From Vulcanimicrobiota bacterium (lineage in GTDB: Bacteria; Vulcanimicrobiota; Vulcanimicrobiia; Vulcanimicrobiales; Vulcanimicrobiaceae), in contig OY970223.1 in the NCBI GenBank assembly GCA_963714015.1, positions 896,001 to 960,000 of the forward strand: a stretch of 64,000 nucleotides of DNA, given 5' to 3'. Shown piece by piece: positions 20,151 through 31,111 of this stretch. A model generated the notes under the pieces. The model saw nothing but the letters and a program-made list of their open reading frames with translations, had not been told where the DNA came from and did not search any database. Every line of letters starts with the position of its first letter. The stretch's first letter is position 1. The position numbers and the translations under genes were made by a program.

Positions 20151-20927
20151 CATTGCCGATGCGGTGCTCTCCAGGGCTCGCAGCAGCCCGTCGGCCGTGT
20201 ACTCCTGCGCGACCGCATCGACGCGTAACCCGATCGCCTGCGCTTCTCGTGCGGTGATCGGCCCGATGCACGCGACCACTTTGCCATGTCCCGCTTTCGC
20301 GGCAGCGTCCGCTCCGCCGAGATTGCGGGCAAAGCCCCGTACGGTACTGGCGCTGGTGAACGTGAGGACGTGGCAGGACGCGACCTTGTTCGCAAACTCG
20401 GGATCGTCGCGCCACACGGTTTTGTAAGCAGCGACGACATGCGCTTTGCGTTCCGCGGCGTTCAAACGGCCGGGCAGCACGTCGCGCGCTTCTTGCGCGC
20501 GGTAGATCAGGATTTCGTCTCCGGTCTTTGAAGCCGCAATCAGCGCCTGGGCGAGATCTTCGGCAACGAACGACTGGGGAACCAAATCCGCGTAAACGCC
20601 GCGCGCACGCAACGCTTGCGAAGTTTTTATGCCGATCGCGGCGACCCTTGCATCGCCCAAAGCTCGGGCATCTTCACGCTGTTCTTCCAAACGATCGAAA
20701 AACGCATCGACGCCGGTGGCGCTGGTGAAGACGATCCAGGCGTGATTGCGCGCCGTACGCACCGCTTGTTCGGCGGCAGCGACGTCGTCAGGCGGTTGGA
20801 ATTCGATGGTGGGCGCGATAACCGGGATGGCGCCGTGCTCGCGCAGCGCTGAAGCGAATGTTTCCGCCCCGCGCACCGGACGCGTGACAAGAACGCGTTT
20901 GCCGGAGAGCAGGCTACTCGTCGGCAT
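20148..20927 (-). CDS. hemD: Uroporphyrinogen-III synthase
   Basis: VLVTRP, WIVFTSATGV, AAIGIKT, AYKT, FTSASTV, ACIGPIT. Confidence 0.92.
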   Translation of the reverse strand: MPTSSLLSGKRVLVTRPVRGAETFASALREHGAIPVIAPTIEFQPPDDVAAAEQAVRTARNHAWIVFTSATGVDAFFDRLEEQREDARALGDARVAAIGIKTSQALRARGVYADLVPQSFVAEDLAQALIAASKTGDEILIYRAQEARDVLPGRLNAAERKAHVVAAYKTVWRDDPEFANKVASCHVLTFTSASTVRGFARNLGGADAAAKAGHGKVVACIGPITAREAQAIGLRVDAVAQEYTADGLLRALESTASAM

Positions 20928-22219
20928 CGGGCGCGGGATGCGCCACGTTCAGTTCAAACAGCTCGTCGAGCACGCGCACGTGATCGAGCGCTTCCGAACG
21001 ATTGTTGATCGTTTTGTCGCGAATCTTCGTCACGACGGTGTGCAGCAGCTTCGAGATGATCGTCATCGACATGCCGGTGATCAGCATCTTGTCGCGTTCG
21101 GTCAGATTCGGGCAACGCGCGAAAAGCCGTTCCAGTTCGGCGGCGCGAATGCGCTCGGATTTTTTCGTCAGCGACGCGATCACCGGAACGGCGGCGCGCG
21201 ACTGATACCACTGCCCAAAGCGCTCCAGGTATTCCTCGATGATCTCTTCCACTTGCGGAATCGCTTCGCGCCGAACTTCCAGTTTCTCGGCGACGTGCGA
21301 TTTCAGTTGGTCGATGTCGACGACGCTCACACCGGGAATGCTCCGCAACCTCAGGATGCACGTCGCGAGGCACCGCGATGTCGACGATGAACAGCGGTTG
21401 GTTCGCGCGCCGCGCCATCGCTTCGTTGACGATCTCCGGGGTCAAAATGAAGTTCGGCGCGCCGGTCGAGGTCACCACCACGTCGGCGGCGGCGAGCACG
21501 TTCGCAAGCCCCGAGAGATCGACCGCGTTGCCGAAACCGATTTCGCCGACTACCTCATGCGCATTCCTCGCCGTGCGGTTCGTCACGATCAGATTCTGTG
21601 CGCCTTCGGCGTGGAAGCGCTTTGCGGCGGTCCGTCCCATCTTTCCGGCGCCGATGACGGCGGCGTTGCGATCGAGCAGCGATCCGAAATGCGCTTTGGC
21701 CAGATCGATAGCGGCGGTCGCAACCGAGGCCGACTCTTCGCCGATGCGCGTCTGCGTGCGCGCGGCTTTTCCGGCGCTCATCGCTTCGCGGAAGAGGCGG
21801 TGCAGCGTTTTGCCGAGCGACTTTGCGGCCTGGCCCGCGGCGAACGCATCCTTGACTTGACCCAAAATCTCCGCCTCGCCGATGAGCATCGAATCCAGGC
21901 CCGTGCTGACGCGCAAAAGATGCTCGACGGCTTGGCGGCCGAGCAGCGTGTAGAGGTACGACTCCAGATCGTACGCCACCATGCCGTGCCGGAAGTTCTG
22001 TAAAAACGACTTGATCTGCGCAACGCCGGCTTCGTAGTCGTCGACGTCGGCATAGATCTCGATGCGACCGCAGGTCTGCAGCATCACGGCTTCGCGCACC
22101 GCTTGGTAATCGCGCAGCGCGACGAGCGCGGCTTCCATGCGGGAGGGCGGAAACGCGTGGCGCTCGCGCACTTCAACGGGCGCAGTGTGATGCGAGAGAC
22201 CGATGCAGACTAACGGCAT
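20914..22219 (-). CDS. hemA: Glutamyl-tRNA reductase; frameshift near 21350
   Basis: HHTAPVEVRE, TCGRIE, SMLIGEAEILGQ, GAGKMG, DIAVPRD; C-terminal dimerisation domain lies in the 20914..21348 frame. Confidence 0.92.
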
Positions 22220-22337
22220 GCGCTAAATCGTATACCCGTATCGAGAAGAATCTCTGAACCGGCTCCCATAACCGGTTCCCATGGATGCCGGATGCGGGGA
22301 CGGCGGCTGTTGCCTGCTTGGCGGCGGTGCTCGTCGA

Positions 22338-23651
22338 TCACGGCGCGTCCAGGACCGGCTGTTGCAAAATCGACTCCAGAGCGTCATCAGCGGCGCTAAT
22401 CGTGCGCTCGATCTCGCGCGTCGTATGTGCGGTGGAAAGAAAGCCCGCTTCAAATTGCGAGGGTGCGAAGTAGACGCCGCGGTCGAGCATGGCGTGAAAG
22501 TATTTCGCGTACAGCGCGGTGTCGCTATGCATCGCATCTGCGAGATCGCGCACCGGCGCTTCACTGAAGTACGTGCAGAACATCGATCCGGCGTACGCGC
22601 TGTAATGCGGAATGCCGTGCTTGTTGAAGACTTCGTGCAGCCCGTCGCACAGCAGCTTCGAGAGTACTTCCAACCGATCGTAGAGCGTCGCGTCGCTTTG
22701 AATTGCCTGCAGCGTGGCAATGCCGGCCGCCATGGCGAGCGGATTGCCGCTGAGCGTTCCGGCTTGATAGACGGCGCCGTCCGGAGAGAGCTCCGCCATA
22801 ATCTCACGTTTTCCGCCGAATGCGCCGACAGGCAGACCGCCCCCAATCACCTTACCCAGCGTCGTCAGGTCGGGCGCGACGTTCTCGCGATCTTGGGCGC
22901 CGCCGCGTGCAACGCGAAAACCCGTCATGACTTCGTCGAAGATAAGGAGCGCGTGCTGTTCCGTGCAGAGATCCCGCAGCTTCTGCAAAAACCCCGGCGC
23001 CGGCGCGACCAGTCCCATGTTACCGGCGTACGGCTCGACGATGATTGCGGCGATCCGGTTGGGATGCGCTTCAAAAGCTTGCGCAACCGCATCCGCATCG
23101 TTGAACGCAATAACGATCGTGTCTTGTGCTGCGCCTTCGGTGACGCCGGGTGAATTCGGCACGCCGTTCGTAAGCGCGCCGCTTCCGGCCGCGATCAAAA
23201 ACGAGTCGGCGTGGCCGTGATAGCAGCCGGCGAACTTCACGATCTTCGATCGCCCGGTGAACCCGCGCGCGAGACGCACCGCGCTCATCGTCGCTTCGGT
23301 ACCGCTGGAGGTGAAGCGGATACGTTCGACCGACGGCATCATGCTTCGGATGATTTCGCCCAGATCCGATTCGGCTTCGGTCGGAGCACCGAACGAGCTG
23401 CCGCGCTGCGCCGCCTGCACTATCGCTTTGACCACTGCGGGGTGCGCGTGCCCCAGGATCAATGGCCCCCACGAAAGCACGTAGTCAATGAATTCGTGGC
23501 CTTCGATGTCGGTAATCGTCGCGCCCGATCCGCTTTTCATGAAAACGGGAGAACCGCCCACAGCGCGAAAGGCGCGCACGGGCGAATTGACGCCGCCCGC
23601 GATAATGCCGCGCGCGCGTGCAAAGGCCGAGATGGATCGTTCGAGGCGCAA
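22338..23651 (-). CDS. hemL: Glutamate-1-semialdehyde 2,1-aminomutase
   Basis: GGVNSPVRAF, SGTEATM, GCYHGH, FDEVMTGFR, GKVIGGG. Confidence 0.96.
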   Translation of the reverse strand: MRLERSISAFARARGIIAGGVNSPVRAFRAVGGSPVFMKSGSGATITDIEGHEFIDYVLSWGPLILGHAHPAVVKAIVQAAQRGSSFGAPTEAESDLGEIIRSMMPSVERIRFTSSGTEATMSAVRLARGFTGRSKIVKFAGCYHGHADSFLIAAGSGALTNGVPNSPGVTEGAAQDTIVIAFNDADAVAQAFEAHPNRIAAIIVEPYAGNMGLVAPAPGFLQKLRDLCTEQHALLIFDEVMTGFRVARGGAQDRENVAPDLTTLGKVIGGGLPVGAFGGKREIMAELSPDGAVYQAGTLSGNPLAMAAGIATLQAIQSDATLYDRLEVLSKLLCDGLHEVFNKHGIPHYSAYAGSMFCTYFSEAPVRDLADAMHSDTALYAKYFHAMLDRGVYFAPSQFEAGFLSTAHTTREIERTISAADDALESILQQPVLDAP

Positions 23652-23678
23652 GTCTTTCCGGTTCCTACTTCTTACGAT

Positions 23679-24260
23679 TTACGATTGTAGCAGTGTTTCA
23701 CGGTCCGCCGCTGTGTCAATGTCGGCAAAGGCGCGCTCGTCGGAAAGGCGCACGCGCTTGGCGCTCAGACGTTCGACGGCCTGCGCGACCCCTCCCGAGC
23801 CGTTGGTCAAAACATCGCCCGACACGGCCAAAAGCGCGACCCTATCGTAGAGGGCGCACAGGGGCTCGAGGCGTGCCTGAGCGTTGACCGGAACCACCGC
23901 TTGGACGCCAGGCTCCCACGCCGCCAGCAGTTCCCGAACGACCCCGGCATTCACGTACGGCGCATCGGCGGCTGTAACAAAGACCAAAGCTTCGCGCACG
24001 TACGTGAGGACCGAGTGCAGCGCGGCCAGTGGCCCGCGGCGCGGCCAGCGGTCTATGACGATGGGGCACTCCAGCGCGCCGTCGATGTCGGGCGGGAACG
24101 AGCGGTTGGAGGATATGTACACCGGTCCGGCCGGCGTCAAATTGCGATAAACCCGCAGAATCAGCGGCAAACCGCCGGCGTCCGATTCCAACTTGCCGGG
24201 CAAACGGCTCGACTCGCCGCCTGCCAGGATGACGACGCCGACGCGCTCAGCGCTGGCCAT
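23679..24260 (-). CDS. mobA: Molybdenum cofactor guanylyltransferase
   Basis: ILAGGESSR, GPLAAL, AADAPYV, LEPLCALY. Confidence 0.85.
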   Translation of the reverse strand: MASAERVGVVILAGGESSRLPGKLESDAGGLPLILRVYRNLTPAGPVYISSNRSFPPDIDGALECPIVIDRWPRRGPLAALHSVLTYVREALVFVTAADAPYVNAGVVRELLAAWEPGVQAVVPVNAQARLEPLCALYDRVALLAVSGDVLTNGSGGVAQAVERLSAKRVRLSDERAFADIDTAADRETLLQS

Positions 24261-25239
24261 GCCGCGCGGCGAAATCTTTCGCGAAATACGTGATAATAAT
24301 ATCCGCGCCGGCACGCACGAACCCGGTCAGCAGCTCGTCGACTGCGCGTTGTTCGTCGATCCACCCGTTTTGCGCTGCCGCTTTGATCATGGAATACTCG
24401 CCGCTGACGTTGTAAACGGCAATCGGCACGTTGAAAGCATCCCGCGCCGCCCGCACGACGTCCAAGTACGGAAGGCCGGGCTTGACCATCACGGCGTCGG
24501 CGCCTTCTTCGATGTCGAGCGCGATCTCGCGCAGCGCTTCGCGCACGTTCGGCGGATCCATTTGGTAACTGCGGCGGTCGCCGAATTGCGGCGTCGAATC
24601 GGCCGCTTCGCGAAACGGCCCGTAAAATGCGGATGCGTATTTGGCGCTATACGAAAGGATAGCGATGCGTTCGAAGCCTTCCGAATCCAGCGCTTCGCGA
24701 ATGGCGCGCACTCGTCCGTCCATCATATCCGAAGGCGCGATGACGTCGACGCCGGCGCGCGCATACGTAAGCGCAGTGCGCACCAAAATTTCGACCGTCG
24801 CATCGTTGTCGACGTCACCGAACGCATCGATTGGTCCGCAGTGGCCGTGATCGGTGTATTCGCAGTTGCACAGGTCCGCTATCACGAGCATGTGCGGAGA
24901 AGACTCTTTGATAGCGCCGATCGCGCGCTGCACGACACCGTTGGGATCGTAATTGCGCGTCGCCATGGCGTCTTTGGTTTCGGGAATGCCGAACAGCAGT
25001 ACGCTGCGCACGTCGAGCGCATCCAGGACGCCGGTTTCTTGCACCGCGCTTTCAACCGTGTACCGGTGAATGCCCGGCATCGATCCGATCGGACCTGCGT
25101 CCGCAGCGCGTTCGACGATGAAGAGCGGCTGAACGAGTTGTTCCACGCTTACACGATGTTCGCGAACCAGCGCCCGCAGCGTGGCGGTGCGGCGAAGGCG
25201 GCGCGGGCGCATCAACTGCTGAAGACGCGTGCGGATCAT
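24247..25239 (-). CDS. hemB: Porphobilinogen synthase
   Basis: RPRRLR, CNCEYTDHGHCG, PSDMMDGR, YGPFREAA, MVKPG, YNVSGEY. Confidence 0.96.
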   Translation of the reverse strand: MIRTRLQQLMRPRRLRRTATLRALVREHRVSVEQLVQPLFIVERAADAGPIGSMPGIHRYTVESAVQETGVLDALDVRSVLLFGIPETKDAMATRNYDPNGVVQRAIGAIKESSPHMLVIADLCNCEYTDHGHCGPIDAFGDVDNDATVEILVRTALTYARAGVDVIAPSDMMDGRVRAIREALDSEGFERIAILSYSAKYASAFYGPFREAADSTPQFGDRRSYQMDPPNVREALREIALDIEEGADAVMVKPGLPYLDVVRAARDAFNVPIAVYNVSGEYSMIKAAAQNGWIDEQRAVDELLTGFVRAGADIIITYFAKDFAARHGQR

Positions 25240-26391
25240 ACCGAATCCTTCGGCGCCGCGAGCAGTTCTTCCGCGCCGTCCGCCAGAAGCGCGCGTGCAA
25301 GATCGGCGCCGAGCGACTGCGCCCGGACCAAATCGTCCGCCTTCCCGCGCACGGTCGCGCGCAGCACTCGGCGTCCGTCGAGCGAGGCGATCACACCATC
25401 GGCGCGCAGTGTCCCGTTCTCAAACCGGGCGTGGATCCCGATTGGCGCCTGGCAGCCCCCTTGGAGCGCGCGAAGCGCCGCCCGTTCGCAGGTGATCGCG
25501 CGTTCGACTTCCTCGTCGTTGGCAGCGATGCGCAGTTGTCGCGCCAACTCGACCGAGTCGAATCGCGTCTCCACCGCAAGCGCCCCCTGTCCGACCGCCG
25601 GCACCATCGTGTGCACGTCGAACGGAATCGTGTATTTGGCATGAAGGCCGAGGCGTTTTAAACCGGCGCAAGCTCAAAACGATCGCGTCGTATTGACCGT
25701 CGCGCAGCTTACGCATCCGCGTGTCGACGTTGCCGCGAATCGTTTCGTAACGCAAGTCGCTGCGCAGCGCTGCCAGCTGTGCGCGCCGCCGCGAACTGGA
25801 CGTACCGACCCGCGCACCCGCCGGGAGATCCTGAAACAAAGGATAAGTTTCGCTGCAGTACGCGTCGCGCGGGTCCTCGCGCGGCGTAATGGCCGCGATC
25901 CGCATGCCTTGGGACAATTTTGCCGGCAGATCCTTGCACGAATGAACCGCATAGTGCGCCCGTCCATCGCTAAGCGCAATTTCGAGCTCTTTGACGAACA
26001 GGCTCTCCGATCCGATTTCAACGAGCGGCCGATCTTGCACGCGATCGCCGGTCGTAGCAACGTTGAGAATGGTCGTTGCGATACCGCGCTGAGCCAAACG
26101 TGCCGCAACGGCGCGCGCCTGCGTTAGGGCCAGCGCGCTGGAACGCGACGCGCAGATGACGGAGGCCGTAACGAAACTCGGCCCTTCGGGATTGCGCATG
26201 CGCACCACGACGTCCTCGAGCATGTGTTCGGCCTGAACCGGATTCATGGCTGCAAGCTCGTCGATCGGAACCTGCGCGAGTTCGTGAAAGATGGCCGCGC
26301 GTTCCGCTTGCGGCGCGGCAGTGTTCACGTAGGTGCGCAAGTGCTCCAGCGTTCGAAGCGCCGCTTCGAGTGCGTCCGCATCGTTTTTCAT
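25236..26391 (-). CDS. hemC: Hydroxymethylbilane synthase with ~75-aa N-terminal extension; frameshift near 25640-25670
   Basis: SRSSALALTQ, LFVKELE, VHSCKDLP, GTSSSRR, IRGNVDTR; then PAVGQGAL and LQGGCQAPIG in the 25236..25616 frame. Confidence 0.9.
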
Positions 26392-26436
26392 CCCTTCGCA
26401 TGAGTTCGCTGCAGCCTTGCCCAAAACTCTCCGCTG

Positions 26437-28074
26437 ATGCAGAAACCTTGGCGCGCCGCGCTCATCGGCGCGGCGGCCGGCGCGCTGGTTACGGTGCCCG
26501 GCCTGGGAAGCGGCACATTGTGGGACAACAGCGAGACCGCTTACGGCGAGGTAGCGCGCGAGATACTGTTGTCGCACGATTGGGTCGTTATGCATTTCAA
26601 CGGCTCGCCGTGGTACGTGCAGCCCCCGCTCTACTTTTGGATCGCCGCGATCTGCGCGAAGATCTTCGGCATCGGATCCTTTGCGCTGCGACTTCCGTCG
26701 GCGCTCGCGACGATTGCTATGGGCGGGATGACGTCGTACGCCGTGAGCCGGCAAGCGGGTACGCGCGCCGGCATGTATTCCGGCATCGTGCTCTCCACGT
26801 GTTTGATGCAGGCAATCGTCGGGCGTTTGGCCATCATGGACGCGCTGCTCGATCTAGCCATTGCATTTGCGGTTTTTTGGTGGTTCCGCTGCGTGCAAAC
26901 CGGGCGCGATCGTTACCTCGTTTACGGATCGATTGCGGCGGCGCTTGGTTTCTTGGCGAAAGGACCGGTCGCGCCGGTGATCGCGCTTCTCGTCATCGTC
27001 CCCTACACGATTTGGGAAGCTCGTGCCTCGCGCGCGCACCCGCCGTCATGGCGTGGCTGGCTGGGCGGGATCGCCCTGTTCGTCATCATCGTCGCACCAT
27101 GGTTCGGAGAGCTGGTCGCGCGTACGGGCGTAAGCTCGGTCATGCAGTTGATCGGACATTACACGTTCGGCCGGTACACGGGAACGATCGAAAATCAAAG
27201 CGGTCCGGTTTGGTATTACCTGCCCGTATTAATTCTCGGATTCTTCCCGTGGATCGCGTTCTTGCCGTCGGCCGTTGGGTTTTCCGTTTCGTGCCTGAAG
27301 GCCGGCGCCGTTAACGAAGCGCAGCGCAACACCCGGCAAATGATGCGTCTCTCCCTAGTCTGGGCCGTTGCGCCGCTGGTGTTTTTCAGCTTTGCCCATA
27401 CCAAGCTCCCGAATTACATCGCGCTGGAGTTTCCGGCTTTGGCGGTGTTGGTAGCGCTGTATTTCGACGATGCGGTCGAACGAGTGCGAAGCCGATCCGC
27501 GCTCTGGTCAGCCGCGGCGGTTCCGGCGACCATTCTGTTCCTGGCAATTGCCATTGCGATCTTTTCGCGCGACAACCGGCTTACCGCAGACGTTCACGGT
27601 GTAGCCGACGACATGCTGTACGTCGGCGGAGCGATTTTTGCGGGAGCTGTGGTTGCCTTTGGTCTGATCCTAACAGAGCGGGGGCGAGTCGCGGCGCCGT
27701 ACGCGCTGGGCGTTTCTATGGTGTTGGCCGTTGCGTCGATTGCCTTCTTGGCGTTGCCCGCCGCGGAGCAATTCAAGCCGATTCCGCACCTCGCGCGAAT
27801 CATCGAGCACAATCGGGAGGCCGGCGATGCCGTGGCCATAGGCGATGTCGCCGGAGGCAATGCCCTCGTATTTTACACATCACCGGTAGTGTATACGCTG
27901 CGCGCGCCCTATTCGTCAGGAAGCATACTTTGTTCGGCGCCGCGCACTTGGTTGGTGGCGCCGCGAGCGTTCGATCCGCCGGCCTTCGGTCGAACCTTGC
28001 GCCGCGTTTCGGCTTGGGGAAAGGCCGATCTCTATCTTTACCAGGGGCCCGCCTGTACGGCACGAAAAACTTAA
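26437..28074 (+). CDS. ArnT/PMT-family (GT-C) glycosyltransferase
   Basis: LWDNSETAYGEVAREI, PPLYFW, ALRLPSA, FLAKGPV, TKLPNYI; multi-pass membrane protein. Confidence 0.88.
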   Translation: MQKPWRAALIGAAAGALVTVPGLGSGTLWDNSETAYGEVAREILLSHDWVVMHFNGSPWYVQPPLYFWIAAICAKIFGIGSFALRLPSALATIAMGGMTSYAVSRQAGTRAGMYSGIVLSTCLMQAIVGRLAIMDALLDLAIAFAVFWWFRCVQTGRDRYLVYGSIAAALGFLAKGPVAPVIALLVIVPYTIWEARASRAHPPSWRGWLGGIALFVIIVAPWFGELVARTGVSSVMQLIGHYTFGRYTGTIENQSGPVWYYLPVLILGFFPWIAFLPSAVGFSVSCLKAGAVNEAQRNTRQMMRLSLVWAVAPLVFFSFAHTKLPNYIALEFPALAVLVALYFDDAVERVRSRSALWSAAAVPATILFLAIAIAIFSRDNRLTADVHGVADDMLYVGGAIFAGAVVAFGLILTERGRVAAPYALGVSMVLAVASIAFLALPAAEQFKPIPHLARIIEHNREAGDAVAIGDVAGGNALVFYTSPVVYTLRAPYSSGSILCSAPRTWLVAPRAFDPPAFGRTLRRVSAWGKADLYLYQGPACTARKT

Positions 28075-28084
28075 CCGCGCCGTC

Positions 28085-28741
28085 ATGATGCGCACGATCG
28101 AACCGGCGTTTGCATTGGGGGTTTGGGTGTTTCGGAGTAATTTTCTTACCGGGCTTTTAACGTCCGGCGCCGTTTTTGCGTCCACGGGCCTTGGACGTGC
28201 GGACGCGCCGTCGCCTGCGGCGTCCGCCAATCCGTACGAGCGATGCGATCGCAATTACGTGATTCCGTACAATCAGCCGCTCGAGATAAAGCATCGCGCG
28301 CTCGACGCGCCCGACATCGATTTGCAAGCCTACCGAGGCAGCGTCGTCGTGCTCAACTTTTTCGCGACATGGTGCGGCCCGTGCAATGCCGAACAGAGCG
28401 GCGTCGTGGAAGTTGCGAATACGTACTACGGTCAGGGTCTGCGCATGATTGGAATCAATTACAAAGAGGCGGACGATCGGGTTCGTAAGTACCGCGACAA
28501 ATACAAAATGGTCTATCCGATCATCATGGACGACGACGGCGGGCTTTTCGACCGGGTGGAGAACAACGACGTAGTGGCCACGGTCGCATTCCCGGTAACG
28601 TTGTTCCTGAATGAGAACGGTGAACTCACGTGCTATCGCCGCGGCGCCATGCACAAAGAGGAGCTGGTCTACAAAGTAGAACGTATGCTCAGCTTCATGC
28701 ACGGCAGCGCTTGCACCGGAACCGCGAGAACAATCTCATGA
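28085..28741 (+). CDS. TlpA/ResA-like thiol-disulfide oxidoreductase
   Basis: VVLNFFATWCGPCNAE, AFPVTLFLN. Confidence 0.85.
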   Translation: MMRTIEPAFALGVWVFRSNFLTGLLTSGAVFASTGLGRADAPSPAASANPYERCDRNYVIPYNQPLEIKHRALDAPDIDLQAYRGSVVVLNFFATWCGPCNAEQSGVVEVANTYYGQGLRMIGINYKEADDRVRKYRDKYKMVYPIIMDDDGGLFDRVENNDVVATVAFPVTLFLNENGELTCYRRGAMHKEELVYKVERMLSFMHGSACTGTARTIS

Positions 28742-29472
28742 CCCGAACGAGTTTGCTTTTATTATTGCTTAGCGCGTTCTGCCTGCGCGGGGCTTTCGCG
28801 GCTGGCGCGCCTTCAGACCCGGGATTGCTTTCCAAAAACCTAGGAAAATCCGCCGCTCATCTCACGTTTCAGCCGATAGACGGCGCTTTGCGCTCCTTCG
28901 TCACTCCCGGAAAACCTACGGTCGTCGTCGCGTTTGCATCGTGGTGCGCCGGATGCGTTGAGGAACTGCCGCGTACGCTTCACGACTACGAGCAATTAAA
29001 ATCGCGCGTGAGCTTCTTGGGCGTCGACTATCTCGATTCGCCGCAGCGCGGGCGCGCCTTCGTGCAGCAGCATCACATTCCGTTCCCGGTCGAGCAGTTC
29101 GCATCCGACGCCAACGCGCCTACACTGGCAACGGAGCCAATCGTTCTGCCGTCCAAGATATCCCCGCGGATGCTTCGAGGAATTGCCGAATCGCTTCCCG
29201 TCTCGAGCATGGTTCGCGTGAAAGCCGCCCTGGCGGCAAAATCTCATATGACGCACGCGCAATTCATCGCGTACGAAAATACGCACGGCATCTTCCTCGG
29301 CGATCAGCCCAAGCACCCGTGGAACCCGCCGGCGCCGCCGTCGGGCTCGATGCTCGGCCTTCCCGACGTGTTCGTCATCGACGCTTCGGGCGTCGTGCGA
29401 TCGGAGAACCAAGGCTACAGCCCCCAGACGGATCCCATTCGCGCGGGTCTGGCAAAGATCGGCGTTCGCTAG
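28738..29472 (+). CDS. TlpA-like oxidoreductase with internal insertion
   Basis: ATGA overlap, signal peptide, FASWCAGCVEE, GLPDVFVIDASGVVR. Confidence 0.8.
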   Translation: MTRTSLLLLLLSAFCLRGAFAAGAPSDPGLLSKNLGKSAAHLTFQPIDGALRSFVTPGKPTVVVAFASWCAGCVEELPRTLHDYEQLKSRVSFLGVDYLDSPQRGRAFVQQHHIPFPVEQFASDANAPTLATEPIVLPSKISPRMLRGIAESLPVSSMVRVKAALAAKSHMTHAQFIAYENTHGIFLGDQPKHPWNPPAPPSGSMLGLPDVFVIDASGVVRSENQGYSPQTDPIRAGLAKIGVR

Positions 29473-29577
29473 TAGCTCGCCCGAGCGCGCCGCCCGTCGC
29501 TCGATCGAGCGCGTTCGCATTACTTGGCGATGATTTAGGCGGCGCTATGCGATCGAAGGATGGATCACCACGGCGAT

Positions 29578-31089
29578 CTATTTCTTGAGTTTGGCAACGT
29601 CGGCTTGCGTGACCGGCGAGGCGTGATTGGTCCCGAGCGTGGTTCGGATGTACGTGACGACGTTTGCAATGTCTTTATTCGAGAGCGTCGCTTTCCAGGG
29701 AGGCATCGTTCCATTAAACGATGCGCCGTTCACGGTGATGGGGCCGGTCTTGCCGTTCAGTACGGTGCTGATGACGTCGTTTGCATTGCCGGTGACGAAC
29801 GGGTTGCCGTTGAGAGGCGGAAAAGCTCCCGGCGTTCCCGCCCCCGCCACGCCGTGGCAGGTCGAGCAGTTCTGCTGGTAGACGCCTTGGCCGGCGTGCG
29901 CTGCGCCCGCGGCGCTGCCGCCGCCGTTGATTGCAGACTGGCTGGGCGGCCCATTTGCAGCGCCGCCGCCGGCCCCTTCGCTCATGTTCGTCGCTTCTTG
30001 TGCGGCGAGAATTTGCGATTCAGGCGCGCTGGGCGTGGTCGCCGCTTGCTTTTGCACGATTGAGACTTGGCTCCAAATCGTCAGCCACCACATTACGATG
30101 AGCGCGAACGCGACAAGCCCCATGACGACGCCGCGCGAACCCACCATGCGCGTCGTGCTGCGATCTATCCACGGAAGCAGCAGAATGAGGGTGGTAGCGA
30201 CGCCCGGAATGACGATCGCGCCGACGATTTCGTAATCGCCCGGAATCAGCTGCAGAAGTCCGAAGAGATCCAAGAAATACCACGCGGGATACGGAATGAA
30301 CGTCGAGAGCGACGGATCGGCCTTGGCATCCAAGAACGGCGGCGCGAAGGCCGCCAGCGCCAGAATTATCAGGAAGACGACCAGCGACGCGAACGCGTCC
30401 ATGAACATCTGATCCGGCCAAAAGCGGCCGACTTTGAGCGGACGCGGATCTTCGACCGGCGGTCCCGCCGGGCCGTTCCAGCGGAAGATCGCCAAATGCG
30501 CGCCGACCAGCCCTACAAGCACCGCCGGCATTAACCAAACGTGCAGACCGAAGAACCGGTTGATGGTGAGCGTACCCATCGTCGTTCCGTCTTGCGTAAA
30601 CTGCTGAATGAATTGGCCGATGCCCGGAACGGTGAGCGTGAGGTTAATCGCGACCTGCGATGCGAAGTAGGCGTCCATGTCCCAAGGCAGCAGATAGCCG
30701 GTCAGGCCCAGCACCATGGTCACGAGCAGCAGCAGCACGCCGACGATCCACTGAATTTCGCGCGGCGACTTGTAAGCGCCCCAAACCACCACTTGCAGCA
30801 AGTGCAGGAAGAGCAGCGCGATCATCGCGGACGCGCCCCAGTAATGGATGCTCAGGACGAAATGCTGAAACGGATGAACGTACATGGATCGCGTCGATTC
30901 CCACGCCGTGGATGCCGACGGTGCGTAGAAGAAACACAGGAAGATTCCGGTGACGATCTGGACGACCATCGCGAGCAGCGTGGCGCTGCCGAAGACGTAC
31001 CAGTAACTCGCTCCGCCGGGAATGTCTTCTTCTAGGAATTCCTTAGCTTGCGTGAGGAAACCGGTACGCCGCTCGATCCAGTTGAGCAT
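29578..31089 (-). CDS. Cytochrome b fused to C-terminal cytochrome c (Rieske/cyt b complex)
   Basis: SIHYWGAS, LHLLQV, TGYLLPWD, FFGLHVW..HL, PAWYF; C-terminal CSTCHG...TMP. Confidence 0.92.
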   Translation of the reverse strand: MLNWIERRTGFLTQAKEFLEEDIPGGASYWYVFGSATLLAMVVQIVTGIFLCFFYAPSASTAWESTRSMYVHPFQHFVLSIHYWGASAMIALLFLHLLQVVVWGAYKSPREIQWIVGVLLLLVTMVLGLTGYLLPWDMDAYFASQVAINLTLTVPGIGQFIQQFTQDGTTMGTLTINRFFGLHVWLMPAVLVGLVGAHLAIFRWNGPAGPPVEDPRPLKVGRFWPDQMFMDAFASLVVFLIILALAAFAPPFLDAKADPSLSTFIPYPAWYFLDLFGLLQLIPGDYEIVGAIVIPGVATTLILLLPWIDRSTTRMVGSRGVVMGLVAFALIVMWWLTIWSQVSIVQKQAATTPSAPESQILAAQEATNMSEGAGGGAANGPPSQSAINGGGSAAGAAHAGQGVYQQNCSTCHGVAGAGTPGAFPPLNGNPFVTGNANDVISTVLNGKTGPITVNGASFNGTMPPWKATLSNKDIANVVTYIRTTLGTNHASPVTQADVAKLKK

Positions 31090-31111
31090 CGTTCTCCAAT
31101 CTTACTTTGCT

